Counted from the stretch's first letter, positions 1-9,153 are shown. The stretch is 39,089 nucleotides of DNA from Pyrinomonadaceae bacterium (GCA_035263325.1 DATFRK010000966.1:1-39089), one strand, 5' to 3'. A program made the numbers and translations. Notes: generated by a model not told the origin, from the letters alone.

Positions 1-203
1 CCTTTCACCAGGAAAAATCGTTTCCGCGAGAGGCCTTTGGTTGATTCACCAATTCTCCCGCGGGCTCGCAGCCGCAGCACTCCTGTCTTAGGCGCTGTGC
101 TTTGCGTCTGGGTTGCGGCGGGGATCGACAGAAAGAGAAAGACGAGCGCTATCACCATAACTAGCGCCATTCTCGAGGCTGCTTTCTCCGGGTTGCTTCT
201 CAT
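1..203 (-). CDS. Hypothetical secreted protein, N-terminal fragment (gene continues beyond left edge)
   Basis: Absent from the ORF track because no stop lies in the window. Minus-strand ATG at 203 (alternative ATG at 170). 67 codons are open to the window edge: MRSNPEKAASRMALVMVIALVFLFLSIPAATQTQSTAPKTGVLRLRARGRIGESTKGLSRKRFFLVK. It has a hydrophobic signal-peptide-like core. It starts 7 nt after the stop of the 211..2331 gene on the same strand. Confidence 0.45.
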   Translation of the reverse strand, partial: MRSNPEKAASRMALVMVIALVFLFLSIPAATQTQSTAPKTGVLRLRARGRIGESTKGLSRKRFFLVK

Positions 204-210
204 TCGTAGC

Positions 211-2331
211 TCACAGGTTCGGGCTTCGCGGAAACTTCAAAAACGGGAGCCGCACGCCACGCACAAAAACTTGATCGGAGCGTATTGCCGGAGCAGGAGA
301 AAAACCATTTCCACCGGCTGCGGCGATCAGATCATCCTGGTCCACGCCGTCGCCACTGATGCCAATCGCTCCCACCAGCACTCCGTTCTTGTAAAGCGGA
401 ACACTGCCGGGAAAAATCTGCAGACCATTTGGCAAGTTCGGAATGGAAGTACAGGGCATCGGAGTCCCGCCTAGAGTGGCCAGCAGGTTTGCCTTGGTCA
501 CATCAAGTTGCAGGCCAACGTTGAAGACACTCCATTCGCTCAGTGGGGTACTGAATGGCCCAGCCTGGGTATTGTCGATGCCATCAGGGAAGAATGGCCG
601 GTGCAAAAAGCCGCCCGCCCGATCAGTGAAGGCCACTGAACCATTGAGTTGCAAACCATCAGCAGCAGCGCGGTCGACATAGGAACCAAAACCGGCGCCG
701 CGCAATAGAGTCGCAGCATTAGCATTTGAGTAAAAAGCTGCCGTTCGCGCCTTCTGCACTGCCACATCGAAACCAAACACTGGCGCGTCTTGCTGGCGAA
801 ACACACCAAGCACTTTGCCCTCAGCATCAACCACGGCGATCGTAACTCGTGCATTACTGCCTAGGGGTTGCCGGATCGCGGCTCGAGTGATGTTTGCTTG
901 TTGGGCGGCGTGCGCGATGATGGTCTGCACGTCAGTTGCACTCAACGCGTTTGCTGTGGCCGGAGAGCTGCCGGCGACAAAAGGAAAGAAGCGTGTATCG
1001 ACTTCCCCGGCGATGCCACCAACTGTCGCAGGTATAAAAGCGGACGTTGGTGGAGTAACAAAAGTTATCGAACCAACGCCGGGCAAGCTGCCGAATGGAA
1101 TCGTGGCGGGCGCCGGTGGATTGGCGACGTTGGAATACGCCAGACGTATACCATCGACTAGTATGTTGTCTCCCTTGATCAAAGCAGGCGCCTCAAAGCC
1201 TCGTACGCCTGAGGCGGCGATCAACTCCTCAAACGGTTGATCGAAGTCGGCCGGATCGCGATCTACCGTGTAGAGTCCGTCACCTTCGACGCCTATGCCT
1301 CCGGCAGCCACTCCGTTGCGATAGATGGGCAAACCACCAGGATCGGCGGAGAGGCCGACAGGTAGCGCTGGCTTCTTGATGTCGCTGCAGGGAAGAGAAG
1401 AGAACTGCACGCCATAAAGCGGGCCACTGGAGCGAAAACTGATGCCTGGCGGGAAGTGTTCCTGAACGATAAAACCGGCAGTGCGAGTCGTAAAAGCGTT
1501 GCCGCCAGTGCTGAAAAAAGCCGCCGTCCCGGCCTTTGAGGTAGCGGCTAGTAACGAAGGCACCACCTGTCCTTCGAGGCCGCGTCCCACTGTGCCGACG
1601 CTACGAATAGATGTCGTGGTTGGTGCACCCGTCATAGTGAACGTTCCCAGCACGTTGCCCTCTTTGTCAGTAACAACAACGGTAACGTTACGTCCCATTT
1701 GTGCTGCGGCAGAAACTGCCTGGGCAATGATCGTCTGAACATCACTGGGAGTCAGTGTGGTCGTGGGAATAGTTGGTCCAGGCGCCGGTTGCAAACCAGG
1801 GTTACCCGGCGTGGGCAACGCATCGACGGCATCGGGTGGTCCACCGCCGACGTGGCCAATGCCGACACGTACCCGATTGCTGGCGACGTTGTGATACTTG
1901 ATTCCCACCAGCACATCGCCGAGATCTGCCATCTCATCGTTAAGACGCAGGACAATTGAAGAAGCCCAGGGTTGATCTGGCACGTCGCCGACATACTCAA
2001 CCGTCAGTGGATGAACAGTGTGTTCAGCATCTTCGGCATCCGCGGTAACGAGAGCTGAAGTCTCGCCAGGCTGTAACTTCAGATTCATCGCAAACAGCAT
2101 GATGCGTGTGGAATGATCGATGCCGAAGGTCAGTTCGGAATTTGCGGCGAAGGGTTCGCGAGTGTGCGTGACTGACTCGAAAGCGATAGCTCGAGTCGAG
2201 TCTGAGTGACTGATGAGGACAGGAGCCGGTGCCTGGGCCGTAGCTTTCTGAAAACGATAGAGCGCGGCCAGAAGGAAACTCGCGCAGATAAACAACCAGA
2301 CTAGAAAGCGAATGCCTGAATTTGCGGTCAC
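211..2331 (-). CDS. Secreted or membrane-anchored protein with two tandem GlcG/HbpS-like (DUF336, haem-binding/degrading fold) domains
   Basis: 706-aa ORF with an N-terminal hydrophobic segment (IRFLVWLFICASFLLAAL). Two internally homologous modules are present: TPSDVQTIIAQAVSAAAQMGRNVTVVVTDKEGNVLGTF ... LPIYRNGVAAGGIGVEGDG, and SATDVQTIIAHAAQQAN...VTIAVVDAEGKVLGVF ... VPLYKNGVLVGAIGISGDGVDQDDLIAAAG. The second ends with the classic GlcG/DUF336 G-x-IG-[VI]-SG-x-x-x-x-D motif. Confidence 0.7.
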   Translation of the reverse strand: MTANSGIRFLVWLFICASFLLAALYRFQKATAQAPAPVLISHSDSTRAIAFESVTHTREPFAANSELTFGIDHSTRIMLFAMNLKLQPGETSALVTADAEDAEHTVHPLTVEYVGDVPDQPWASSIVLRLNDEMADLGDVLVGIKYHNVASNRVRVGIGHVGGGPPDAVDALPTPGNPGLQPAPGPTIPTTTLTPSDVQTIIAQAVSAAAQMGRNVTVVVTDKEGNVLGTFTMTGAPTTTSIRSVGTVGRGLEGQVVPSLLAATSKAGTAAFFSTGGNAFTTRTAGFIVQEHFPPGISFRSSGPLYGVQFSSLPCSDIKKPALPVGLSADPGGLPIYRNGVAAGGIGVEGDGLYTVDRDPADFDQPFEELIAASGVRGFEAPALIKGDNILVDGIRLAYSNVANPPAPATIPFGSLPGVGSITFVTPPTSAFIPATVGGIAGEVDTRFFPFVAGSSPATANALSATDVQTIIAHAAQQANITRAAIRQPLGSNARVTIAVVDAEGKVLGVFRQQDAPVFGFDVAVQKARTAAFYSNANAATLLRGAGFGSYVDRAAADGLQLNGSVAFTDRAGGFLHRPFFPDGIDNTQAGPFSTPLSEWSVFNVGLQLDVTKANLLATLGGTPMPCTSIPNLPNGLQIFPGSVPLYKNGVLVGAIGISGDGVDQDDLIAAAGGNGFSPAPAIRSDQVFVRGVRLPFLKFPRSPNL

Positions 2332-2515
2332 GGCAATTGCGGAGAGAAGTTGCGAAACGAACCCTTCAAGTCATTCCCAATGTATCACAAAGGATGCGGG
2401 ACAAAATAGATAGTTGTTTCCCAGAATTCCGTTGCCTCCCTACCACTCGTATGTTACAAGGCAAGGAAGTCGCGAATTTCGATCCTGTCTGTATCGCGAC
2501 TGATCAAGAAACAGC

Positions 2516-4573
2516 GTGAAGAGTTATCCCTTCAAAATCATAACTGTTGTTTTGTGGGTTATCTCGAGCTTTGCCTCCGCCGTGGCCCAAAGTGACGGGC
2601 ACCTCAAGGGCACGGTGAGGAATTCGAGTGGTGGCCAAGTGGCCGGAGTGGTGGTGGTTGCGACCAACCAGGTTACCAGCCAGGCCAAAGAAACGCGCAC
2701 CGCTAGTGACGGTTCTTATTCACTAAAACTTTCTCCGGGTGCGTATCGACTCACCGTTGCTCCACCAAACGTTGCTCAGTTCGATAAGGACAAGAACTAC
2801 GGCGACTTCATCATTGTTCGGGGTGACAGACTTGAGAATGTCATTGTCGATGCGGGTAAAGACATCGCAATCGATATCGTGCTGGCAAAACCCGAAGAGG
2901 TACAGATCCCGGCGACGCCTCAGCGCCGCGAGACGCCGGACCGCTGGCGCATCGAGTTTCCCGAGTACGATCGCTACGGAGATCGTGGTGCACGAGGTCG
3001 AGACATTCCCTTCAAACGCGGTCGTTGGTGGAATCCCTACAATCAAAGCGTTCTCAAAGGAGACTATCCAATCAAGGGCGACAAGCTCTTCATGATCTTG
3101 TCTGCCGTTAGCACGACGCCGGTCGAACAAAGACGCGCGCCAACGCCATCGGATGTTAGCAGTGTGGATCCATTGAGTGCGGAATTCTTTGGCCGGCCCG
3201 AACAATTCGCGACCAGCGAAACTTTGCAGGTTAGTTTTGAACTGTTTCATGGTGACACCACCTTCAAGCCGCGCGACTGGGCCATCAAGGTTTCCCCAAC
3301 TTTCAGCATTCCTAACTATCTGAACGCGCGGGAAAACGGGGTGGTGAATATCGATGTCCGACGCGGGACGAATCGCACTGACTGGCATGCCTCATTGGAA
3401 GAGGCGTTTGCTGAAGTAAAACTCGCGGACATTAATGCGAACTATGACTTCGTCTCTGTTAGAGCCGGCATTCAACCTTTTGTGTCTGACTTTCGCGGTT
3501 TCATCTTCTCCGACAACAACCTGGGAGCGCGCGTCTTCGGAGCAGGTGACAACAATCGCATTCAGTTCAACGCGGCGTATTTCTCAATGCTCGAGAAGGA
3601 CACCAATAGTGGTTTGAACCGCTTCGACACGCGTCACCAGAATGTCTATATCGGGAATATCTTTCGCCAGGATTTTATTCGTAAAGGCTATACCATCCAG
3701 GGAAGTTTTCATTACAACGACGATCGACCGAGCATCGAGTTTGATCGTAACGGATTTCTGGTGCGTCCGGCGCTTATCGGTGATGTTCGTCCGCACGCGG
3801 TTAAGGTTGGCTACCTCGGTTTTAGCGGTGACGGTCATCTTGGGCGATTGAATCTCTCGCACTCGTACTACTACGCCTTTGGGCACGATGAGCGTAATCC
3901 GATCGCTGGTCGCCGGATCGATGTCCGGTCAAACATGGCAGCAGCCGAAGCGTCAGTGGACCGGGATTATCTTCGCTTTAAGGGCTCTTTCTTTTGGGCC
4001 CAGGGCGACAGCAATCCCACGGACGACAAGGGGACCGGTTTTGATGCGATCTTCGACGATCCTAATTTTGCCGGCGGGCAGTTTTCTTTCTGGGTGCGCA
4101 ACGGCATTCGTTTGACTCAAACTGGAGTTGGGCTGGTCCAGCCGAACAGTTTGTTGCCAAGTTTGCGCAGCAGCAAGACTCAGGGCCAGGCGAACTTTGT
4201 GAATCCGGGGTTATTTCTCTACAACGCCGGCGTGGATATCGAACTAACGCAGCGTATCAAGGCCGTCGTCAATGTAAACTACCTGAGGTTTCATCGAACG
4301 GAGCCGTTGGAGTACATCCTCTTTCAAAATGCTATTCGCCACGAGATTGGCTGGGACTACAGTTTAGGAGTGGCTTATCGTCCATTTCTCATTAACAACG
4401 TGACCCTGACGTTTGGTGCGGCGAGTTTGCAGACGGGCCGAGGCTTTCGTGACATCTTTACCGACAAGTCGCGAAACTGCCCGCCGAACGTCGGAGATTT
4501 TTGCGAGCCGGCGGTAATTGGTCCAAACAAGATGTTGTATTCGTTGTTTGGCCAATTGAAGTTGGTGTTCTAG
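2516..4573 (+). CDS. Outer-membrane beta-barrel protein with N-terminal carboxypeptidase-regulatory-like (CarboxypepD_reg) domain
   Basis: GTG start. Signal peptide MKSYPFKIITVVLWVISSFASAVAQ. Residues ~27-125 fit the CarboxypepD_reg pattern (GTVRNSSGGQVAGVVVVATN...TASDGSYSLKLSPGAYRLTV). The remaining ~550 aa have a beta-strand-like alternating aromatic/hydrophobic pattern with G/N/D turns and a C-terminal ...GQLKLVF ending in Phe, as in BAM substrates. I recognise no TonB box or plug. Barrel subfamily is uncertain (alginate-export/porin-like). Confidence 0.7.
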   Translation: MKSYPFKIITVVLWVISSFASAVAQSDGHLKGTVRNSSGGQVAGVVVVATNQVTSQAKETRTASDGSYSLKLSPGAYRLTVAPPNVAQFDKDKNYGDFIIVRGDRLENVIVDAGKDIAIDIVLAKPEEVQIPATPQRRETPDRWRIEFPEYDRYGDRGARGRDIPFKRGRWWNPYNQSVLKGDYPIKGDKLFMILSAVSTTPVEQRRAPTPSDVSSVDPLSAEFFGRPEQFATSETLQVSFELFHGDTTFKPRDWAIKVSPTFSIPNYLNARENGVVNIDVRRGTNRTDWHASLEEAFAEVKLADINANYDFVSVRAGIQPFVSDFRGFIFSDNNLGARVFGAGDNNRIQFNAAYFSMLEKDTNSGLNRFDTRHQNVYIGNIFRQDFIRKGYTIQGSFHYNDDRPSIEFDRNGFLVRPALIGDVRPHAVKVGYLGFSGDGHLGRLNLSHSYYYAFGHDERNPIAGRRIDVRSNMAAAEASVDRDYLRFKGSFFWAQGDSNPTDDKGTGFDAIFDDPNFAGGQFSFWVRNGIRLTQTGVGLVQPNSLLPSLRSSKTQGQANFVNPGLFLYNAGVDIELTQRIKAVVNVNYLRFHRTEPLEYILFQNAIRHEIGWDYSLGVAYRPFLINNVTLTFGAASLQTGRGFRDIFTDKSRNCPPNVGDFCEPAVIGPNKMLYSLFGQLKLVF

Positions 4574-4593
4574 TTGTAAGACGTCGTCAAATC

Positions 4594-5103
4594 TTCACCA
4601 CGGAGACACAAAGAACACGGAGGGGGCACAGAGAAACAAACAAGAAATCAATAGTCAGAAAAGGAGAAGCTTATGGATCCTCACCTAAATGAGCTGACAC
4701 ATGAAATCATTGGCAGCGCAATTGAAGTTCACCGACATCTGGGACCAGGACTACTCGAGTCCGCTTATCGACTGTGTCTTTGTCGAGAATTATCTCTTCG
4801 AGGATTCAGTTTCAATCACGAGCACTGGCTTCCGGTTGACTACAAAGGTCTAGAGTTGCCATGCACGTACAAGGTGGACATCGTGGTTGAGAAACTGGTG
4901 GTGGTTGAGTGCGAAGCGGTTGAAGCGTTGCAGCCGATTCACGACGCCCAACTCTTAACCTATCTTCGGATCGGCGGCTGGAGACTGGGACTACTAATCA
5001 ATTTCAACGTGGTAGTTCTAAAGAATGGTATCCGCCGCAAGATAATGGGGTACGACAACTAATCTCTGTGTAACCTCCGTGCTCTTTGTGTCTCTGTGGT
5101 GAA
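4594..5103. mobile_element. Inverted-repeat-bounded GxxExxY gene cassette (candidate miniature insertion, no transposase)
   Basis: The left arm 4594..4633 (ttcaccacggagacacaaagaacacggagggggcacagag) and the reverse complement of 5064..5103 (ttcaccacagagacacaaagagcacggaggttacacagag) are identical at 35 of 40 positions. They bracket a single 129-aa gene and fill almost the whole spacer between the barrel gene stop (4573) and the cytochrome start (5128). Confidence 0.6.
4673..5062 (+). CDS. GxxExxY family protein (PD-(D/E)XK nuclease-like superfamily)
   Basis: 129 aa. The N-terminus LTHEIIGSAIEVHRHLGPGLLESAYRLCLCRELSLRG contains the eponymous G-x-x-E-x-x-Y (GLLESAY). It is followed by VDIVVEKLVVVECEAV and QLLTYLRIGGWRLGLLINF, typical of this family. 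GGAG lies 7 nt upstream of the ATG. Confidence 0.85.
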   Translation: MDPHLNELTHEIIGSAIEVHRHLGPGLLESAYRLCLCRELSLRGFSFNHEHWLPVDYKGLELPCTYKVDIVVEKLVVVECEAVEALQPIHDAQLLTYLRIGGWRLGLLINFNVVVLKNGIRRKIMGYDN

Positions 5104-5127
5104 AATTTTAGTTGCCCTAAAGTCATC

Positions 5128-8100
5128 ATGATGATGCGAGCGATCAAATTTGTTCTGGCGGTATTAACTAGTGCGACTGTAATTGGCGCCATATCAGCGT
5201 CATCACCGCCTTCAAACACGGTCACCGAAGAATCAACACTCTTCAGAAATCAGACACCGGCGCCCGCCAAGCTCGAAGGGTGTGTCTCCTGTCACGGGCT
5301 GATCGAGCCGATGCATAAGTACGGCACCACCGACACCCTCGACAAGCTCAAAGACGGCAAAGATGCCGTGGGCTTAAGTTGCACCGCCTGCCACGGCGGC
5401 AACCCATTACCCAGTAAAACCAGTGAAGACCCGAAAGAAATCGAACGCGTCAAGCGCGAGGCGCACGTCAAGGCGCGCTTTCCCAATGAATGGCTGCGGA
5501 ACGGGCGCGCCACCGGAGCCAATCCCGAACGAACGAATACACTTCTTGCTCGTGAAAGTTGGGAGTACGTCCGCTTCATCAATCCTGGTGACTTGCGTGT
5601 CGCCGCTAAAACTTGCGGCGGCGGCGCCTGTCACGACCTCGAATCCAAGAATGTTGCTCGCAGCATGATGACCCACGGCGCCATGCTCTGGGGTGCGGCA
5701 CTCTACAACAACGGCAGTTTCCATCTTAAAGATCCACGCTTCGGAGAAAGTTACAACGAAGCGGGCGCGCCGCAGACCCTGCTGCAAGCTACGACCGAAG
5801 AACAACGGCGCGCCAAGGGCATGTTGAGCCTCCTCGACCCGATTCCACGCTGGGAGATTTCGCAGCCTGGTAACGTGCTCCGTGTGTTCGAACGAGGTGG
5901 CAAACGTCGACTCGAAGTAGGTCTGCCTGATAAGGAAGAAGACCCGGGTAAGCCCGACAAGGGCCTGAGCGCCCGCGGCTTCGGCAGCGCGCAACGCACC
6001 GATCCGGTCTTCCTGGGATTGCAGAAGACGCGTTTGTTAGATCCAACCCTCAATTTCCTGGGTACCAATGATCACCCAGGCGATTATCGTTCGTCGGGTT
6101 GTGCCGCCTGTCACGTGATCTATGCCAACGATCACGATCCTGCGCACTCAGCATCCTATGCGCAGGCCGGAAATCTCGGTCGTTCGCAAACAGCCGATGT
6201 AAACATTCCTAAAGATGAGTCGGGCCATCCAATCAAACATCAATTCACCAGTCAGATCCCTTCGTCGCAGTGCATGGTCTGTCACATGCACCCGGGCACA
6301 AACATGGTCGCGAGTTATCTTGGTCTAACCTGGTGGGACAATGAATCAGACGGCAGCAAACTCTATCCCACGAAGCAACACAACCCCAGCCAGGACGAGG
6401 AACAGGAGAAACTGGATCGCAATCCGGAAGCGTCCAGCCTGCGCGGCCTGTGGTCAGACTTTGATTTTCTTGCCAAGACCGGAACACCAGATTTCAACGC
6501 CCTGCTGCGCAACACGCAATTTGCCGATTCGCACGGGCACGGTTGGCTCTTTCGCAAAGTTTTCAAACGCGATCGTAAGGGCAACCTCCTCGACGCCCAG
6601 GGAAATATAGTTTCCGCCGACGATCCCAACAAATTTAGCAAGGCAGTGCACCTAGACGACATCCATCTCGAAAAAGGGATGCACTGCGTCGATTGTCACT
6701 TCCGCCAGGACTCGCACGGCGATGGCAATCTCTACAATGAACCGCGCGCGGCGATCGAGGTCTCCTGTGAAGACTGTCACGGTTCAATTCGCCAGAAGGC
6801 GACGCTGTTTACTTCGGGCCCCGCTGCTGCATTGACGACGGGCAGTGCGGCTGAACGACGGAAGACGCAAAAACAACCTCTCCTCGGCCAGGATATGACC
6901 CGGATTCGCGTCCGGGATGAAACGGGCTCGGCGATCCCGCTCTTTCAAAGAATCACTCGCGACCGCAAACGCAAAGATGAAAAAGGGGCCGACATCGATC
7001 TTAAAGTCGGCGACGTTGTCCAGAACTCGATGGTTGTGCCTGGCCGTTGGTGGCGCGTGGTGCAAACTCTCGACACGATCACACCCAACAGTCGCGACTT
7101 CAGTGAGAAGTCGCGCTACGCGAAAACAATCCGCAAAGACAACGCTACCTTCGGCGATGTTCCGGCCGACAACAACCTGTTGGCCCATAGGGACTCGGAC
7201 ATGACCTGTGTCTCATGTCATTCGTCCTGGATGACCAGTTGCTTTGGTTGTCACTTGTCGATGCAGGCGAACCGGAAGATGCCCAACAGGCACAACGAAG
7301 GCGGCAACTCACGCAACTTCACCCAGTACAACTTCCAGGTCTTGCGTGATGACGTGTTCATGTTGGGACGTGACGGTACCGTGACCGGCAATCGAGTGGC
7401 GCCGGTGCGCTCTTCGTCCGCCATTTTGGTTAGCTCGCAGAATCAGAATCGCGAGTGGATCTATTCACAACAGCAGACAACTTCTGCCGAGGGTTTTGCC
7501 GGCCAAACATTCAACACCCATGTGCCACATACGGTAAGGGCGAAGGAAACAAAAGCTTGTAGCGACTGTCACGTGTCGGAGAAGAACGACAACAATGCCT
7601 GGCTGGCCCAGTTGCTGTTGCAGGGCACAAACTTCGTTAACTTCATGGGTCGTTATGTTTATGTTGCAGCCGCCGATGCCCTGGAAGTTGTAGTTGCAAC
7701 GGAGCCGACCGAGCCGCAAGCAGTTTTTGGCAGCACCCTGCAGAAGATTGCCTACCCAACGAACTATGAGGAGTTTGTCCGTGGTGGCAGCGAACTGAAG
7801 ACTGCTTACGAGCACAGCGGCAATCCACGCGTGCTCCAGGTGCAGTTGCGCGGCGAGTACGCGTACGTGGCCGCAGGCGAAGGCGGGTTGCGTGTTTACG
7901 ATGTCGCGCAGATCGATCAGAAAGGCTTTTCTGAAAGAATAACCACGGCTCCCGTGTCGCGCTTTGGTCAGAAGTTTTGGGTGAAGACTAAGTATGCGAC
8001 TGCTGTGGCGGCGCCAACCACCCTGGCGGTGGATCCGGCCCGTTGGCGCGTAAAGGCTGATGGGACAATGATTGATCCGGTCAGTGCAGCACGTCTAAAC

Positions 8101-9063
8101 GGGGCAGCGCGGCGGCAGTTAGTGAATGAAGAGCAACCAATTCACCCGCTTTACGCCTATCTCTATGTTGTCGACAAGTATGAAGGATTGATCGTCGTCA
8201 ATGCGGCGACTCTACTCGATGGCGATCCACTCAACAACTATCTGAAACGCGCGCTGGACGGACAAAGGTATGCGCGCGGTGCGTTCAATCCAGCTGGGGC
8301 GCTCAATGATGCAAATAACATCACCATCGCAGGCACTCACGCGTACATCACCACCGCGAGTGCGCTGGTAGTAGTCGATATTAATGATCCGTTGAATCCG
8401 CGCATCGTAAGCAAGGTTGAGTTGAAGCATCCCCGTTCGCTGGCCATCCAGTTTCGTTACGGTTTCGTGGTAGATGACGAAGGGCTCAAGGTACTCGATT
8501 TAACAATGCCCGAACGTGCGCAATTGGTGAATGGCGCTGGCGTCGCACTGGCAGATGCGCACGACGTCTATGTCGCTCGCACTTATGCGTATGTGGCCAA
8601 TGGCAAAGAGGGGATTGCGATTATCGATGTGGAGCAACCCGAGCATCCGCGGTTGGACCAGAGCTACAACGCCGAGGGAAAACTGAGCGATGTGCATCAA
8701 GTGAAGGTGGCGATGACGAATGCGAGTTTGTTCGCGTACGTCGCGGACGGAAAGAATGGGTTGCGCGTCTTGCAGCTGACGTCGCCGGAAACGACGCCGG
8801 AGTACGCGGGCTTCAGCCCTCGGCCCCGGCCCGTTCTGATCGCGACTTATAAAACTAAGGGAGAGGCGCTTGCGATTTCCAAGCCGCTGGATCGTGATCG
8901 GGCGGTTGATGAGAGTGGTAACCAGGTTTCGGTGTTTGGCCGCCGTGGCGCTCGCCCATTCACGCTGGAAGAGATGATGCGGATGCTGCGTACCAATGAT
9001 GGTACTGGCTCCTGGTTCCGGGTGAGCGACGAACCGTCACGGACGACTTCAAGCTTGCGCTGA
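5128..9063 (+). CDS. Secreted multihaem (about 10 haem) c-type cytochrome with C-terminal LVIVD-repeat beta-propeller
   Basis: The ORF track starts at 5086, inside the right inverted repeat. I prefer ATG 5128 ([24 protein letters not shown], signal peptide). There are nine in-frame CXXCH motifs at 5281, 5380, 6100, 6271, 6685, 6766, 7207, 7240 and 7558, plus a CX4CH (CGGGACH) at 5614..5634. The C-terminal region 7855..8790 carries six repeats of the type YAYVAxGxxGLxVxD. Confidence 0.85.
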   Translation: MMMRAIKFVLAVLTSATVIGAISASSPPSNTVTEESTLFRNQTPAPAKLEGCVSCHGLIEPMHKYGTTDTLDKLKDGKDAVGLSCTACHGGNPLPSKTSEDPKEIERVKREAHVKARFPNEWLRNGRATGANPERTNTLLARESWEYVRFINPGDLRVAAKTCGGGACHDLESKNVARSMMTHGAMLWGAALYNNGSFHLKDPRFGESYNEAGAPQTLLQATTEEQRRAKGMLSLLDPIPRWEISQPGNVLRVFERGGKRRLEVGLPDKEEDPGKPDKGLSARGFGSAQRTDPVFLGLQKTRLLDPTLNFLGTNDHPGDYRSSGCAACHVIYANDHDPAHSASYAQAGNLGRSQTADVNIPKDESGHPIKHQFTSQIPSSQCMVCHMHPGTNMVASYLGLTWWDNESDGSKLYPTKQHNPSQDEEQEKLDRNPEASSLRGLWSDFDFLAKTGTPDFNALLRNTQFADSHGHGWLFRKVFKRDRKGNLLDAQGNIVSADDPNKFSKAVHLDDIHLEKGMHCVDCHFRQDSHGDGNLYNEPRAAIEVSCEDCHGSIRQKATLFTSGPAAALTTGSAAERRKTQKQPLLGQDMTRIRVRDETGSAIPLFQRITRDRKRKDEKGADIDLKVGDVVQNSMVVPGRWWRVVQTLDTITPNSRDFSEKSRYAKTIRKDNATFGDVPADNNLLAHRDSDMTCVSCHSSWMTSCFGCHLSMQANRKMPNRHNEGGNSRNFTQYNFQVLRDDVFMLGRDGTVTGNRVAPVRSSSAILVSSQNQNREWIYSQQQTTSAEGFAGQTFNTHVPHTVRAKETKACSDCHVSEKNDNNAWLAQLLLQGTNFVNFMGRYVYVAAADALEVVVATEPTEPQAVFGSTLQKIAYPTNYEEFVRGGSELKTAYEHSGNPRVLQVQLRGEYAYVAAGEGGLRVYDVAQIDQKGFSERITTAPVSRFGQKFWVKTKYATAVAAPTTLAVDPARWRVKADGTMIDPVSAARLNGAARRQLVNEEQPIHPLYAYLYVVDKYEGLIVVNAATLLDGDPLNNYLKRALDGQRYARGAFNPAGALNDANNITIAGTHAYITTASALVVVDINDPLNPRIVSKVELKHPRSLAIQFRYGFVVDDEGLKVLDLTMPERAQLVNGAGVALADAHDVYVARTYAYVANGKEGIAIIDVEQPEHPRLDQSYNAEGKLSDVHQVKVAMTNASLFAYVADGKNGLRVLQLTSPETTPEYAGFSPRPRPVLIATYKTKGEALAISKPLDRDRAVDESGNQVSVFGRRGARPFTLEEMMRMLRTNDGTGSWFRVSDEPSRTTSSLR

Positions 9064-9064
9064 A

Positions 9065-9153
9065 ATCCACAGATTACGCAGACCGCACTGAAATAAAGAG
9101 AGGTAAACAACAGCAGTACATAGGCTAAGAAGAAATCTGCGTAATCCGCGGAT
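9065..9153. repeat. Intergenic hairpin element, ATCCRCRGATTACGCAGA family
   Basis: 9065..9083 (atccacagattacgcagac) and the reverse complement of 9135..9153 (atccgcggattacgcagat) match at 16 of 19 positions, with a 51-nt loop. The element lies between the cytochrome stop and the amidohydrolase start, and the right arm overlaps ATG 9152. Confidence 0.6.

Noticed and set aside
37-2000. Plus-strand ORFs (37..474, 443..682, 815..1240, 868..1161, 1481..1738, 1699..1959) and the small minus-strand ORFs inside 211..2331
   Set aside because: All lie within or antisense to the 706-aa GlcG-tandem gene, have no recognisable motifs and are Arg/Ser/Pro-rich like shadow frames of a GC-rich gene.
2469-2500. 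7-bp inverted repeat gtcgcga-N18-tcgcgac just upstream of the barrel gene start
   Set aside because: It is short enough to arise by chance in a GC-rich spacer and no second copy was seen. It is noted as a possible regulator site but is not reportable as a feature.
4501-4692. 63-aa ORF (..TTETQRTRRGHRETNKK..). Analogous ORFs occur at 18219..18434, 22229..22777 and 22255..22455.
   Set aside because: They are translations of the palindromic repeat arms. Their sequence similarity comes from the DNA repeat, not from a protein family.
5086-5127. ORF-track N-terminal extension of the cytochrome ([14 protein letters not shown]). Similar extensions occur at 11204..11317, 22220..22267, 27964..28161, 34977..35219 and 36694..36723.
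   Set aside because: The extensions overlap an upstream gene or a repeat arm and precede a much better start (signal peptide, conserved N-terminus or ATGA coupling).
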